Both the position numbers and the translations under genes were made by a program. From Dehalococcoidia bacterium (GTDB taxonomy: Bacteria; Chloroflexota; Dehalococcoidia; SZUA-161; SpSt-899): a stretch of DNA of 63,288 nt. Shown in pieces: positions 9,278 through 20,986 of this stretch. Within the stretch, counting starts at the first letter, position 1. Each line of letters begins with the position of its first letter. The notes under the pieces were generated by a model. The model had not been told where the DNA came from. It saw only the letters and a list, made by a program, of their open reading frames with translations, and made no database searches. The stretch covers positions 1-63,288 of the forward strand of contig JAWOBX010000047.1 in assembly GCA_046484125.1 (NCBI GenBank), written 5' to 3'.

Positions 9278-11851
9278 TCAGACCCCTTTGCCACAACACT
9301 TTTTGTACTTCTTTCCACTGCCGCACGGGCACGGGTCGTTGCGCCCGACTTTTTTCCCTGCCGGCACCGCCTTCTTTTCCTCTTTCTGTGGGGCCTGTGT
9401 CTGCCCCTTAACCAGGCTTACCCTGTAAATGCTCTGGACTATATCGCGCTGTATGTTCTGTTGGAGTTCCTGGAACCTCGCGTGGGCTTCTTTCTTGTAC
9501 GCGACAACAGGATCGATCTGGCGGAGGCCCTGCCAGCCGATTCCCTGGCGCATCTCCTCCAGAATTGTCAGGTGATCTCTCCAGCGACTGTCAATGGCCC
9601 GCAGCATTACCAGCCGTTCGAGAACGCGCATATCCGGGGACCCAATCTCCTGCTCGCGGCGGTCATAAAGGGAATCGGCATATTCAACCAGCTTCTCTTG
9701 TATCTCGCCACGACTCATTGTAAGGAAGTCGTCGGTATCGATATCCGGCGGAGGCGGCATCATTTTGCTCAGCTCGGTGAGAAGTGATTCAATGTCCCAG
9801 TCATCCGTTTCCTCTCCCGGTAGATGGGTGTACACGGCATTATTTACTTCCCGCGCGATCATGTCCTGAATATTGGACTTCAAATCGGCGCCGCTAAGCA
9901 GTTTTTCTCTCTCTCCGTAGATAATCTCACGTTGCTTATTAAGTACATCATCATACTCGAGCAACTTCTTGCGTATATCGAAATGGTGTGCCTCAACTTT
10001 TACCTGGGTGTTCTCAATAGCCCTGGATACAATGCGATGTTCAATAGGTACATCCTCATCGAATCCAAATCTTTCCATGATGCTGCCGATGCGATCACCG
10101 CCGAACCGCCGCATAATATCATCCTCGACTGATACAAAAAACCTTGAACTGCCCGGGTCTCCCTGTCTCCCGGCGCGGCCACGTAACTGATTATCTATAC
10201 GGCGCGCCTCGTGGCGTTCTGTACCGATTATGTGCAGTCCGCCGGCCTGAACGACTCGGTCGTGCTCTGAATGCCACTCCTCAGGGTCACGTCCTTCGGG
10301 ATTGCCGCCCAGTATAATATCCACCCCTCGACCGGCCATGCTGGTTGCTATAGTTACGGCGCCCGCGCGTCCGGCCTGTGCCACTATACTGGCTTCCTTC
10401 TCGTGGAGCTTGGCGTTGAGCACGTTGCGGGGTATACCTTTTTTGGTCAGCATCTCGCTGAGTTCCTCGGATTTTTCAACGGAGCATGTTCCCACCAGAA
10501 CGGGCCTTCCCTGATTCCTTGCTTCCTCGATTTCCCGCACAACTGCCTTGAACTTGCCTTTCTCTGTCTGATATATCTGGTCGGTATATTCCTCGCGAAT
10601 GAGAGGTTTGTTGGTCGGTATTACTACAACATCCAGACCGTAGATCTTGTGGAACTCCTCGGCTTCAGTTATGGCCGTACCTGTCATGCCCGCGAGTTTA
10701 TCATACATGCGGAAGTAGTTCTGGAAAGTGATAGTTGCCATGGTGATGCTTTCCCGCTGTATCTGCACACCCTCCTTGGCTTCGATTGCCTGGTGCAACC
10801 CGTCTGATAAACGTCTTCCGGGCATCATCCTTCCGGTGAACTCATCCACGATAACTACTTCGCCTTCCCTGACCACGTATTCTTTATCACGATGATAAAA
10901 GACGAGGGCTCTCAGGGCGTTTTCAATAAAATGGACCATATGCTCGTTCTCTTGATCATAAAGATTGCGGATCCCGAGAAGATTTTCCATTTTGGCTATA
11001 CCCGACTCGGTCAACAAAGCTGTACGCAACTTCTCATCCACTGTATAATCAGTATCCCTTTGCAGGCGGGGAACCAGTCTGGCGAAGGTTTTATAAGTCT
11101 CCGGAGGCTCGTCAGCCTGTCCGCTGATTATCAGCGGGGTTCTGGCCTCATCTATAAGGATATTATCCACCTCGTCGACTATGGCGTAATTGAATCCCCG
11201 CTGGACCCTCTGTGATAGGTCAACGACCATATTATCGCGAAGATAATCGAAGCCAAACTCGTTGTTGGTGCCGTACGTAACCTCGGCGTCGTAGGCTTCT
11301 TTGCGGTAGGCGGGGCGGAGATGAGGCCATGCCTCGTCTTCGTAGTCATATCCGGGATCGAAGATGAATGCGCTATCATGCTGTAAGCAGCTCACGCTAA
11401 TTCCGAGAGCGTGATAAACTGGTCCCATCCATTGCGCATCACGTTTGGAAAGGTAGTCATTAACGGTGACGACGTGCACTCCATCTCCTGTAAGGGAGTT
11501 CAGGTATACGGCCAGGGTGGCCACCAGGGTTTTACCTTCCCCCGTTTTCATCTCGGCTATCTTGCCCTGATGCAGTACTATTCCTCCTACTAACTGGACG
11601 TCGAAGTGCCGCATGCCGAGGGTGATTTGTGCTGCGCGTCGCACGGCGGCAAAGGCCTCCGGGAGGAGGTCGTCAAGGTTCTCTCCACCATCCAGCCGGT
11701 CACGGAATTCGGAGGTCTTATCACGAAGCTGGTCGATGCTGAGTTTCTCGAAATCGGGTTCCAGAGCGTTTATCTCGTCAACCGTGCCCTGAAGGCGCTT
11801 TATCTCCTTTTCGTTCGAATCGCCTAAAACATTCAGAAACTTCTTAAACAC
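9278..11851 (-). CDS. secA: Preprotein translocase ATPase SecA
   Basis: Full-length SecA, including the C-terminal zinc motif [14 protein letters not shown]. Confidence 0.97.
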   Translation of the reverse strand: MFKKFLNVLGDSNEKEIKRLQGTVDEINALEPDFEKLSIDQLRDKTSEFRDRLDGGENLDDLLPEAFAAVRRAAQITLGMRHFDVQLVGGIVLHQGKIAEMKTGEGKTLVATLAVYLNSLTGDGVHVVTVNDYLSKRDAQWMGPVYHALGISVSCLQHDSAFIFDPGYDYEDEAWPHLRPAYRKEAYDAEVTYGTNNEFGFDYLRDNMVVDLSQRVQRGFNYAIVDEVDNILIDEARTPLIISGQADEPPETYKTFARLVPRLQRDTDYTVDEKLRTALLTESGIAKMENLLGIRNLYDQENEHMVHFIENALRALVFYHRDKEYVVREGEVVIVDEFTGRMMPGRRLSDGLHQAIEAKEGVQIQRESITMATITFQNYFRMYDKLAGMTGTAITEAEEFHKIYGLDVVVIPTNKPLIREEYTDQIYQTEKGKFKAVVREIEEARNQGRPVLVGTCSVEKSEELSEMLTKKGIPRNVLNAKLHEKEASIVAQAGRAGAVTIATSMAGRGVDIILGGNPEGRDPEEWHSEHDRVVQAGGLHIIGTERHEARRIDNQLRGRAGRQGDPGSSRFFVSVEDDIMRRFGGDRIGSIMERFGFDEDVPIEHRIVSRAIENTQVKVEAHHFDIRKKLLEYDDVLNKQREIIYGEREKLLSGADLKSNIQDMIAREVNNAVYTHLPGEETDDWDIESLLTELSKMMPPPPDIDTDDFLTMSRGEIQEKLVEYADSLYDRREQEIGSPDMRVLERLVMLRAIDSRWRDHLTILEEMRQGIGWQGLRQIDPVVAYKKEAHARFQELQQNIQRDIVQSIYRVSLVKGQTQAPQKEEKKAVPAGKKVGRNDPCPCGSGKKYKKCCGKGV

Positions 11852-12286
11852 TGATTATCCTCTTACTTGCACCTGGTTTTGTAAAAAACCTTAACATAAG
11901 CCGGGACTCCTGTTAAGGTCTATCTCACTATAGAGTATATCAAATTCATAAAGGATAGTAAGGGTTTATATCCAAAAACTGCGACTCCAATGAATCCGTG
12001 CTGGCATTGGCTTCAGTGGCTGTTGCCACTGCGCCGGTAAGAGGTGTGATAACAATATTCCGGGGAGGTGCGGGGTTTTCTTCACCCGAAGGGTGAATGG
12101 ATTTGTATTCAAAGTGTTGTTTTCGGGTTACGCCAGTATGGCGCCTGAGTCTGAATCGACATAAACCCGTGTTTCCAGGATAGGTGGAACGCACGCTGTA
12201 AGGCAAACTTACATATAAAGCCGCCAGTCACGATGGCGTGAGTATAAAGGGCGATCTTTAAATGTCATTTTAAAGTCGAGGGTGAA

Positions 12287-13264
12287 TTAGTGAAACATTG
12301 CACCAATCGAGAGATTGGCGTGAATACGGTGAATGGCTTCCCCGATAAGCGGCGCAAGAGAGAGAACGGTGAGCTTATCGAGTTTCTTGGAATCCGGTAT
12401 CGGAACACTGTCAGTTACAACCACCTCCTTGAGGGGGCAATGCGCAAGCCTTTCTGTTGCGGGATCTGACAAAATCGGATGTGTACAACAGGCATATGTC
12501 TCTTTGGCACCATGCTCTATGAGGGCGACTGATGCCGAGGTTATCGAGCCAGCCGTATCTATTTCATCATCAAAAAGAATGGCGTTCTTATTCTCCACAT
12601 CGCCGATGACGTGGTGTGTTTCGGCGTGGTCATTGTTGTCGATACGCCGTTTCTCTATGATGGCTAGAGGGCAATTGAGCCTTTCGGCCATGTCTCGCGC
12701 TTTCTTGGAGATCCCGACATCAGTGGCAACCACAACCAGGTCATCCAGCTGTTTTTTTTCGAAGTAATCGCACAGTATATACAGGGCGGTTAACTCATCG
12801 ACAGGGATACTGAAAAATCCCTGAATCTGACCGGCGTGGAGATCGAGTGTCAGCACGCGGTTGGCGCCGGCGACGGTTATAAGGTCTGCAACCAGACGGG
12901 CGGTGATGGGAACCCGGGGCTGGTCTTTTTTATCGGTACGGGAGTACCCATAGTATGGAATAACGGCCGTAATTCTCTCTGCTGACGCGCGCTTGGCCGC
13001 ATCAATCATAATCAGGATTTCCATCAGGCTCCGGTTCACCGGAGTACTTACCGGCTGAACAATGAAGACATCACGTCCGCGGATGTTCTCCAGTATACGA
13101 ACGAAGGTATTCTCGTTGCTGAACTGCGACACATCGATTTTGCCTGGCGGGGTACCCAGGTAGTTGCAGATGGCATGTGTGAGTTCGGGGTGGGTATTTC
13201 CGGTGAAAACCCTGAGTTCTTCAGCCAATTCTTTTGCCTCCCGGTGATGATTAGTGACGATCAA
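12287..13264 (-). CDS. prs: Ribose-phosphate pyrophosphokinase
   Basis: Typical Prs length and motifs (DLHAGQIQGFF, DDEIDTAGS). Confidence 0.93.
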   Translation of the reverse strand: MIVTNHHREAKELAEELRVFTGNTHPELTHAICNYLGTPPGKIDVSQFSNENTFVRILENIRGRDVFIVQPVSTPVNRSLMEILIMIDAAKRASAERITAVIPYYGYSRTDKKDQPRVPITARLVADLITVAGANRVLTLDLHAGQIQGFFSIPVDELTALYILCDYFEKKQLDDLVVVATDVGISKKARDMAERLNCPLAIIEKRRIDNNDHAETHHVIGDVENKNAILFDDEIDTAGSITSASVALIEHGAKETYACCTHPILSDPATERLAHCPLKEVVVTDSVPIPDSKKLDKLTVLSLAPLIGEAIHRIHANLSIGAMFH

Positions 13265-14055
13265 TTTCCCTTATAAGCCGGTTCTCTCTTTTCCATCCAC
13301 GCGGCAACTCCCTCTTCATGATCTTTGGTGAACATAGTCATGGCGGTCATAGCCGCGGTCATCTCGAGAGCCGTAGGCAGATCACTATCCAGGCCCCTGT
13401 AAACCAGTTGCTTGACAAAGCGGGTAACGATCGGCGGGCTTTTGGATATCCGCTCGGCCAGTGTAACAGTCTCCCTCTCAAGTTCTTCAGCCGGGACCAG
13501 TTTGCTTAAGATGCCGAGGTCAAGTGACTGCTGAGCATTTATCCAGTCACCGGTATAAAGTATTTCTAGCGCCCTATCGAGTCTGATTATTCGTGGAAGC
13601 AGGTAACAGGCACCGGAATCGGGAACGAGCGCTGTCTTTATCTGAGCGCTCATAAATCTGGTTTTCTCGCAGCCGATCCTGATGTCAACGGCGCATGACC
13701 AGTCGAAACCGCCTCCTACGGCGATCCCGTTTATCGACGCGATTGTCGGTATGGGCATGTTCCTGATTTTCTCAGTGATGCTGCACGCGGTTTTCCTGAC
13801 CCATTTGCGCATCTTTTCCATATCCCAGCCGGCATACATCTCTTCATCGGCGATGTCTCCACCGCCACAGAATGCTTTATCACCTGCGCCGGTGATAACC
13901 AGAACTCGGAGATCTTCATCCAGGGCTACATCATCAAGAGCACTGTTAAGCTCCTCCATCATCTTCCAGTTTACCGAGTTGGCTCTTTCAGGGCGGTTGA
14001 GGGTAAGTGTGGCAATGTGGTTTTCCTTCAGAAGTTTAATAGTCTCGAAATCCAC
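13261..14055 (-). CDS. Enoyl-CoA hydratase/isomerase (crotonase) family protein
   Basis: LTLNRPERANS...GAGDKAFCGGGD is the crotonase oxyanion-hole region. The stop overlaps the prs start by 4 nt. Confidence 0.85.
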   Translation of the reverse strand: MDFETIKLLKENHIATLTLNRPERANSVNWKMMEELNSALDDVALDEDLRVLVITGAGDKAFCGGGDIADEEMYAGWDMEKMRKWVRKTACSITEKIRNMPIPTIASINGIAVGGGFDWSCAVDIRIGCEKTRFMSAQIKTALVPDSGACYLLPRIIRLDRALEILYTGDWINAQQSLDLGILSKLVPAEELERETVTLAERISKSPPIVTRFVKQLVYRGLDSDLPTALEMTAAMTAMTMFTKDHEEGVAAWMEKREPAYKGN

Positions 14056-14270
14056 GGTTTCCTCCTCAGGCGTGAGGTAATGCAGGGACGAATTTACTAT
14101 AACACAAGGCCTGAGTCAGAGCAATGAGTCAGATTGACATAAAAACAGCGATTAACAGAAATAAATGCGCATGCCTTCCCAGGCGCTGTTACACGGAGGG
14201 GGATGGTAACTCACAGTACACCGTTAACCGGAGATTCGCTTGCCGTTTGAAGCACACTGTGTAGTCAATG

Positions 14271-15014
14271 TTACTCAACGTATGGCGAAGCCGTCTGGTC
14301 AAATGGATTAGTTCTCATGGCGAAATTGAAGAAATACGGGTAGTTTACCTTGAGGTGCTGCATGTAGTCGAGCCACTGATGAACCATCCTGGAGTAAACG
14401 CGACGGATATCGCCGACAAGGTGTTCGCAATCGCTATCAGGAAGACTGCACAAATCACCTCTGGCGGCGAGCTCCTCGGTCAGGTGAAAAACGGCCTGGA
14501 GAAGATCAGTGAATAATTCATGTTCAAGTACAGTCGGGTTTTCCATCAGGCCAAGTAGAAAGTCACGTTTCCCAACCAGGAATTTACCAAGATTTTCGAG
14601 CTGTATATCCTTTCCGTTAATCTGATAATCATATTCACGGAGCTTTTTATCAACATGAGCGAATTCCTCTTGTGACCAGTTATCCTTTACTATTAAATCA
14701 TCCCTGATACTATCCAGTTTCGGATCGAAATCCGAAAGGTATACCAGCAACCGTGTACCAACTTCGCTGAAGAAGGCGCCAATCACCATATTAAGCTTTT
14801 CCAGCCGCTGGCGTTTTTCCTTTTCGGTTAAGAGTCGATGGATAATAAGTGTGACGAGGAGAACCTCGACGAAAACGAAGGCGATATCCCCGACCATGAA
14901 GATGAATATATGGTGAGGATCGCGGAATATGGCATAATGTACCAGGTATGCGGCAATTGATGCCAGAAGTAAAGCTGCTCCGAGTATAATCCGCCAGTTA
15001 AGATTTTCTCTCAA
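14271..15014 (-). CDS. Hypothetical membrane-anchored protein (2 N-terminal TM helices)
   Basis: The long ORF fills the gap, and its N-terminus is hydrophobic. No family recognised. Confidence 0.5.
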   Translation of the reverse strand: MRENLNWRIILGAALLLASIAAYLVHYAIFRDPHHIFIFMVGDIAFVFVEVLLVTLIIHRLLTEKEKRQRLEKLNMVIGAFFSEVGTRLLVYLSDFDPKLDSIRDDLIVKDNWSQEEFAHVDKKLREYDYQINGKDIQLENLGKFLVGKRDFLLGLMENPTVLEHELFTDLLQAVFHLTEELAARGDLCSLPDSDCEHLVGDIRRVYSRMVHQWLDYMQHLKVNYPYFFNFAMRTNPFDQTASPYVE

Positions 15015-15035
15015 TTCCTGTTTACCTCGGAATTT

Positions 15036-15563
15036 TCAAGCCCCATCAAGGCTTATGTGCTGTTTTTTGGCGAACCAGCCCTCAGGGTCAGTGAGGTATT
15101 CCTCAGTATCAATCAGGCTCATATAGTGTTGTTTCTCCTCTTTCGCCAGTGAGCTGTAGAACCTGATCTCAGCCGGGTCAGTCGCCTGCTTACCGCGGTC
15201 TCTATAGAGCCTGAAGCTTTTATCCTCCATATCCAGCGCAATTCGAACGGCGTCAAGCTCTGTGGAGGCTGGTTCCGTTTTTTCTTCCGGGTTTTGCAGC
15301 ACTTCGGAGAACAGCGTCTCTATTTTCTCGCCGGGACCGGCGGTGCGCACCTCTGCGGGCCATGGCTGACCCGCCTTGATTTTTTCGTATATCGTGCGAA
15401 TCGCCTTTTGGTGTTCCAGTTCCTCATCGGCGAGTGTGCGGAAGAGGTTTCCGGCCAGAGTTGTCTGGCCCCTCTCAGCGGAATCCAGATAAAACTGCCT
15501 CCCATCCACCTCCAGTTGCAGAGCCTCCTCCAGAATCTCCAGGGTTTTTGAGGTTTCCGTCAT
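15036..15563 (-). CDS. Rubrerythrin-like diiron (ferritin-like) protein without rubredoxin domain
   Basis: Two ExxH motifs (DEELEHQKA, KEEKQHYMS) in a four-helix-bundle-like layout. Confidence 0.7.
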   Translation of the reverse strand: MTETSKTLEILEEALQLEVDGRQFYLDSAERGQTTLAGNLFRTLADEELEHQKAIRTIYEKIKAGQPWPAEVRTAGPGEKIETLFSEVLQNPEEKTEPASTELDAVRIALDMEDKSFRLYRDRGKQATDPAEIRFYSSLAKEEKQHYMSLIDTEEYLTDPEGWFAKKQHISLDGA

Positions 15564-15751
15564 TATTCATCCACCTCCATTTCCTCGAGGATCATATCGG
15601 CCTCGTTGCCACACACTTTGCAGACAAGCACCTTTCTCTTTGCTGGTTTGTCATGGTGCTCGGTGAGGCTGCTTTCCTCCTCTTTGATTATCATATTGGC
15701 TTCATTGCCACAGTTCTCACAGACGAAAGTATGTTTGTGTTCTTCCGGCAT
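15563..15751 (-). CDS. Small 4-Cys protein with an internal duplication: two desulforedoxin-N-half-like CxxCGNEA motifs
   Basis: FVCENCGNEANMIIKEEE and LVCKVCGNEADMILEEME lie in one 62-aa chain. The stop/start overlaps the next gene by 1 nt. Confidence 0.6.
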   Translation of the reverse strand: MPEEHKHTFVCENCGNEANMIIKEEESSLTEHHDKPAKRKVLVCKVCGNEADMILEEMEVDE

Positions 15752-15799
15752 TTTCCTCCTCCTTCAATCGATACCAATGTTCGGGATAACCGGCTTGTA

Positions 15800-16975
15800 T
15801 TACATTTTACCAGCTATTCTTTGCCCCAGCTCAAAGCATTGTTTAATTTCCGGTTTTTCCGGAACCCAGTTGACGGTAAAAGGCTCATCAACCAGCTCTA
15901 CTCCCGCCAGTTCCAGCTCCTGGCAGATGGCCTTCGTGGCTCCGCCGCCCCACCCGTACGAACCGAAAGCGGTGCCAATCTTGTTCTTCGGCTTGAGTCC
16001 CTTAAGATAACACAGGAAGCCCGCGACTGTAGGAAACATACCGTTGTTGAGCGTAGGAGATCCTATTATCAGAGCTCCAGCGTCGAGTACATTAGTAATG
16101 ATATCACTCTTGTCTGTTGCTGTCAGGTCGAACGATTTCACCTCCACGCCTTCGGAGATCAGTCCTTCCGCGATGGCATTGGCCATCTTCTCCGTGCTGT
16201 GCCACATGGTGTCATAGATGACAAGCGCTTTTCTGGCGGTTTTGCCTTCGGCCCAGTCAGAATAGGCGGAGATTATCTTCGCGGGATCAGAGCGCCATAT
16301 CACCCCGTGATCCGGCGCGATGATTTTAATGCTGAGTCCGCTCAGTTTCTTGACAGCTCCCGGGATCAGGTGACCGAAAAGCATCAGGATATTGGCATAA
16401 TACTTTGCTGCCTCCTGCATAACAACCGCCGGATCCACCTCATCGTCAAAACGCTTGGAGGTGGCAAGGTGCTGGCCGAAAGCGTCGCTGGAGAATAATA
16501 TTTCATCATACGGGGAATAGGTAACCATGGAATCCGGCCAGTGGAGCATTGGCGTCGGGACGAATGTTAGCTGCCGTTTGCCAAGATCCAGGGTGCTTCC
16601 CTCTTTCACCGCGATCATCTGACGCTCAAAGCCGAAATGCTTTTTCAGGCCTGCTTCGCCTCTCTTCTCTGTTGTAATCAACTCGGCTTTCGGTGCCTCC
16701 TGTAGCATCATTGGAAGGGATCCGGAATGATCCATCTCCACGTGATTGGATATGATATAGTCGATGTCTTTGGGGTCGACCAGCTCTTTGATGCGTCCCA
16801 GCATCTCACCGAAGAACGGTTCCTTCACCGTATCGATCAGCGCGATTTTCTCATCCATGATGAGAAAGCAATTATAGGTGGTTCCCCGATGAGTTGAGTA
16901 ACCATGGAAATTCCTTATATTCCAGTCAATAGCTCCAACCCAGTAAACCCTGTCCGTCAATTGAACAGTCGTCAT
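15800..16975 (-). CDS. fprA: Flavodiiron protein (FprA / rubredoxin:oxygen oxidoreductase type)
   Basis: N-terminal metallo-beta-lactamase-like domain with HVEMDHSG, plus a C-terminal flavodoxin domain; about 390 aa. Confidence 0.9.
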   Translation of the reverse strand: MTTVQLTDRVYWVGAIDWNIRNFHGYSTHRGTTYNCFLIMDEKIALIDTVKEPFFGEMLGRIKELVDPKDIDYIISNHVEMDHSGSLPMMLQEAPKAELITTEKRGEAGLKKHFGFERQMIAVKEGSTLDLGKRQLTFVPTPMLHWPDSMVTYSPYDEILFSSDAFGQHLATSKRFDDEVDPAVVMQEAAKYYANILMLFGHLIPGAVKKLSGLSIKIIAPDHGVIWRSDPAKIISAYSDWAEGKTARKALVIYDTMWHSTEKMANAIAEGLISEGVEVKSFDLTATDKSDIITNVLDAGALIIGSPTLNNGMFPTVAGFLCYLKGLKPKNKIGTAFGSYGWGGGATKAICQELELAGVELVDEPFTVNWVPEKPEIKQCFELGQRIAGKM

Positions 16976-17016
16976 TTATTTTCTCCCTGCAGCCGGGTTG
17001 TCTGATCCCGCGCGTA

Positions 17017-17520
17017 TTATTCAATTTCTTTAAAAATCCTCTGTGGCATTCCACAGACCGGGCACTTCTCAGGCGCTTCACCTTCCACGGTATTGCCACA
17101 GTACTGGCAGACATATATCCGGTTTTCTTCAACAGCCTCGTTCCGTTCGACCTTATCCAGGAACGTGCTGAACAAGCCATGGTGGATCTCCTCCACCTGA
17201 TTGGCCATGTCGAAGCTCTCCCGGGCTTTGTCGTTTCCGTCAGCTTCAGCCTGTTTGATGAAACCGGGATACATCTCGGTAAATTCGTGATTCTCACCGG
17301 AGACTGCCTGCCGAAGGTTTTCCCTGGTGGATTTGATTCCTTCGAGAACCTTCAAGTGATTCTTAGCGTGCACGGTCTCAGCGTCAGCCGCGGCCCGAAA
17401 AAGACGGGCCACCTGTTTATACCCCTCCTTATCGGCCTGTTCAGCGAAGAAGAGGTACCTTCGATTGGCCTGGCTCTCCCCGGCAAAGGCTGCGCCGGCG
17501 TTCTGGTCGGTCTTACTCAT
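17017..17520 (-). CDS. rbr: Rubrerythrin
   Basis: FAGESQANRRY diiron domain plus a C-terminal rubredoxin-like CQYCG...CPVCG. Confidence 0.9.
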   Translation of the reverse strand: MSKTDQNAGAAFAGESQANRRYLFFAEQADKEGYKQVARLFRAAADAETVHAKNHLKVLEGIKSTRENLRQAVSGENHEFTEMYPGFIKQAEADGNDKARESFDMANQVEEIHHGLFSTFLDKVERNEAVEENRIYVCQYCGNTVEGEAPEKCPVCGMPQRIFKEIE

Positions 17521-17601
17521 TTTTCCCTCCTGTCGACCAATAATTATTTACTCTGTAAATCGTCTTCGACCTCCTCGAATCTATTGTGGGAAGCTCCGCT
17601 C

Positions 17602-17910
17602 TTAACCTTCCTTCATTTTTTCGATTATCTCTTCGACTTCCTCCGCCCCCTCGGCGTACAGTTCCTCCTCTTCCGGATCCAGTTCTTTCAGGAGGCGCAG
17701 GAACTCGCCGGCATGTATGCGCTCCTCATCGGCGATGTCTTTCAACACCTCGATGGCAAGCTCGTTATCAATGGATTCCGCCAGTTGGATGTACAGTTGC
17801 ACCGCTTCATATTCCGCCGCCACCATGAATCGGATGGCCCGAATGAGTTCAGCATCGGAGAGTTTGCGGTCATGTGCGAGTCCTGAAAATGGTGCTCCGA
17901 AATCAGGCAT
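17602..17910 (-). CDS. EncFtn-like (encapsulated-ferritin-like) mini-ferritin with no shell gene nearby
   Basis: AAEYEAVQLYIQ...DIADEERIHAGEFLRLL resembles the EncFtn E-x-E..Y / EExxH signature. The protein is 102 aa with an acidic C-terminus and no GSLxIGSL-type targeting tail. Confidence 0.55.
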   Translation of the reverse strand: MPDFGAPFSGLAHDRKLSDAELIRAIRFMVAAEYEAVQLYIQLAESIDNELAIEVLKDIADEERIHAGEFLRLLKELDPEEEELYAEGAEEVEEIIEKMKEG

Positions 17911-17950
17911 TTTTTACTCCTTTCAATTAAAATTTCTGGTGTTAATGCAA

Positions 17951-18030
17951 AAACCTCAAATCAATCCCCTCGACCCCCCAATTTTGGGGAGGTTTGTGTC
18001 TGGGGATACCCCCAAAATCCCCGAAGACGT
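17951..18030 (+). repeat. Family-1 dispersed GC-hairpin repeat, copy A
   Basis: aaacCTCAAATCAATCCCCTCGACCCCCCAATTTTGGGGaggtttgtgtctGGGGataCCCCcaaaatCCCCGAAGAC. See copies at 20843, 27046, 31038, 34917, 47716 (reverse) and 62921. Confidence 0.8.
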
Positions 18031-18041
18031 TCATACCAGGA

Positions 18042-20279
<2,238 letters not shown>

Positions 20280-20321
20280 TTACGACTACTCTCCCAACCA
20301 CGGAAAACTGACGTAAAGGAC

Positions 20322-20777
20322 CTACCAGACTTCCGGGTATCCGACATTCACAAAGGCACTCTCCATTCTGGCTTTGTGCTGTTTTTCCATGGTTGCCAGT
20401 TGCGTAAGCAACTCTTTCTGTCGCACATCCGTGGCGATACCTGCCATCCAGGTATAGAGTTCCATCGCCTGCTGTTCCTTTTTCATCGCCAAAGCAAACG
20501 CGTCGGCCGGCTTCATATTGGTCGAAAGATGCGGCTCATCAACAGATTCGGATACGTGGTAATCTGGCACATCCTTGAATTCAATTACGCTTGATTCAGA
20601 CCGTTGAAAGTTCTCCAGAACTGCCCGATGCTGACCCTCTTCTTCAGCCAGCTCGGTGAACAGCTCCTTCAGGAATGTATCCCGCGTTTTCTCCGCTACT
20701 TCAAGGTAAAATTCACGAGCTTTAACTTCATTTCCAATAGCGAATGTCAATATATCATTGTACGATTTGCCCGCCAT
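20322..20777 (-). CDS. Rubrerythrin-like diiron protein without rubredoxin domain (paralog of 26458..26916)
   Basis: AEEEGQHRAVL and MEKQHKARM are ExxH motifs. The architecture matches 26458..26916. Confidence 0.7.
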   Translation of the reverse strand: MAGKSYNDILTFAIGNEVKAREFYLEVAEKTRDTFLKELFTELAEEEGQHRAVLENFQRSESSVIEFKDVPDYHVSESVDEPHLSTNMKPADAFALAMKKEQQAMELYTWMAGIATDVRQKELLTQLATMEKQHKARMESAFVNVGYPEVW

Positions 20778-20842
20778 CCGTTTTCCCCTTTCCTGCTGTT
20801 ATTTACGTAGTAGTTCGTTATCCAAACCTGGTGTTCCCTTAA

Positions 20843-20920
20843 AAATCTCAAACCAACTCCCTCGACCCCCGATCTTGGGGAAGTTTGTTCCAGGGCACAC
20901 CGCCAGAAACCCCGACGGTG
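20843..20920 (+). repeat. Family-1 repeat, copy B
   Basis: aaatCTCAAACCAACTCCCTCGACCCCCGATCTTGGGGaagtttgtt...aaaCCCCGACGG aligns with copy A. Confidence 0.75.
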
Positions 20921-20986
20921 ATCATCTGCCGCGCCTTTTTTGCAGTAAGGTCAGACTTTCCCGCCATATTTCGCCGAACCCATTGA

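Noticed and set aside
11946-12206. 86-aa minus-strand ORF in the prs-secA spacer, and a possible cobalamin riboswitch (GCCACTG motif)
   Set aside because: The ORF has no RBS and an odd composition. GCCACTG occurs, but the flanking GGUGAAAAUCC and B12-box (GCCAGGAGAC-like) sequences do not match convincingly on either strand, and no plausible regulated gene follows on the + strand.
14112-14139. Direct repeat TGAGTCAGA x2 (14112-14120, 14125-14133) followed by TTGACA in the 215-nt spacer upstream of the crotonase-prs operon
   Set aside because: The match is short and could arise by chance. The TTGACA is on the strand with no downstream gene. There is insufficient evidence for a regulatory call.
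15434-16498. 354-aa + strand ORF
   Set aside because: Antisense to the flavodiiron protein and the small 4-Cys gene, with no recognisable motifs. Shadow ORF.
17521-17604. Same-frame adjacency of rbr (17017..17520) and the EncFtn-like gene (17602..17910) as another read-through/Sec candidate
   Set aside because: The intervening stop is TAA, not TGA, and both proteins are complete domains on their own.
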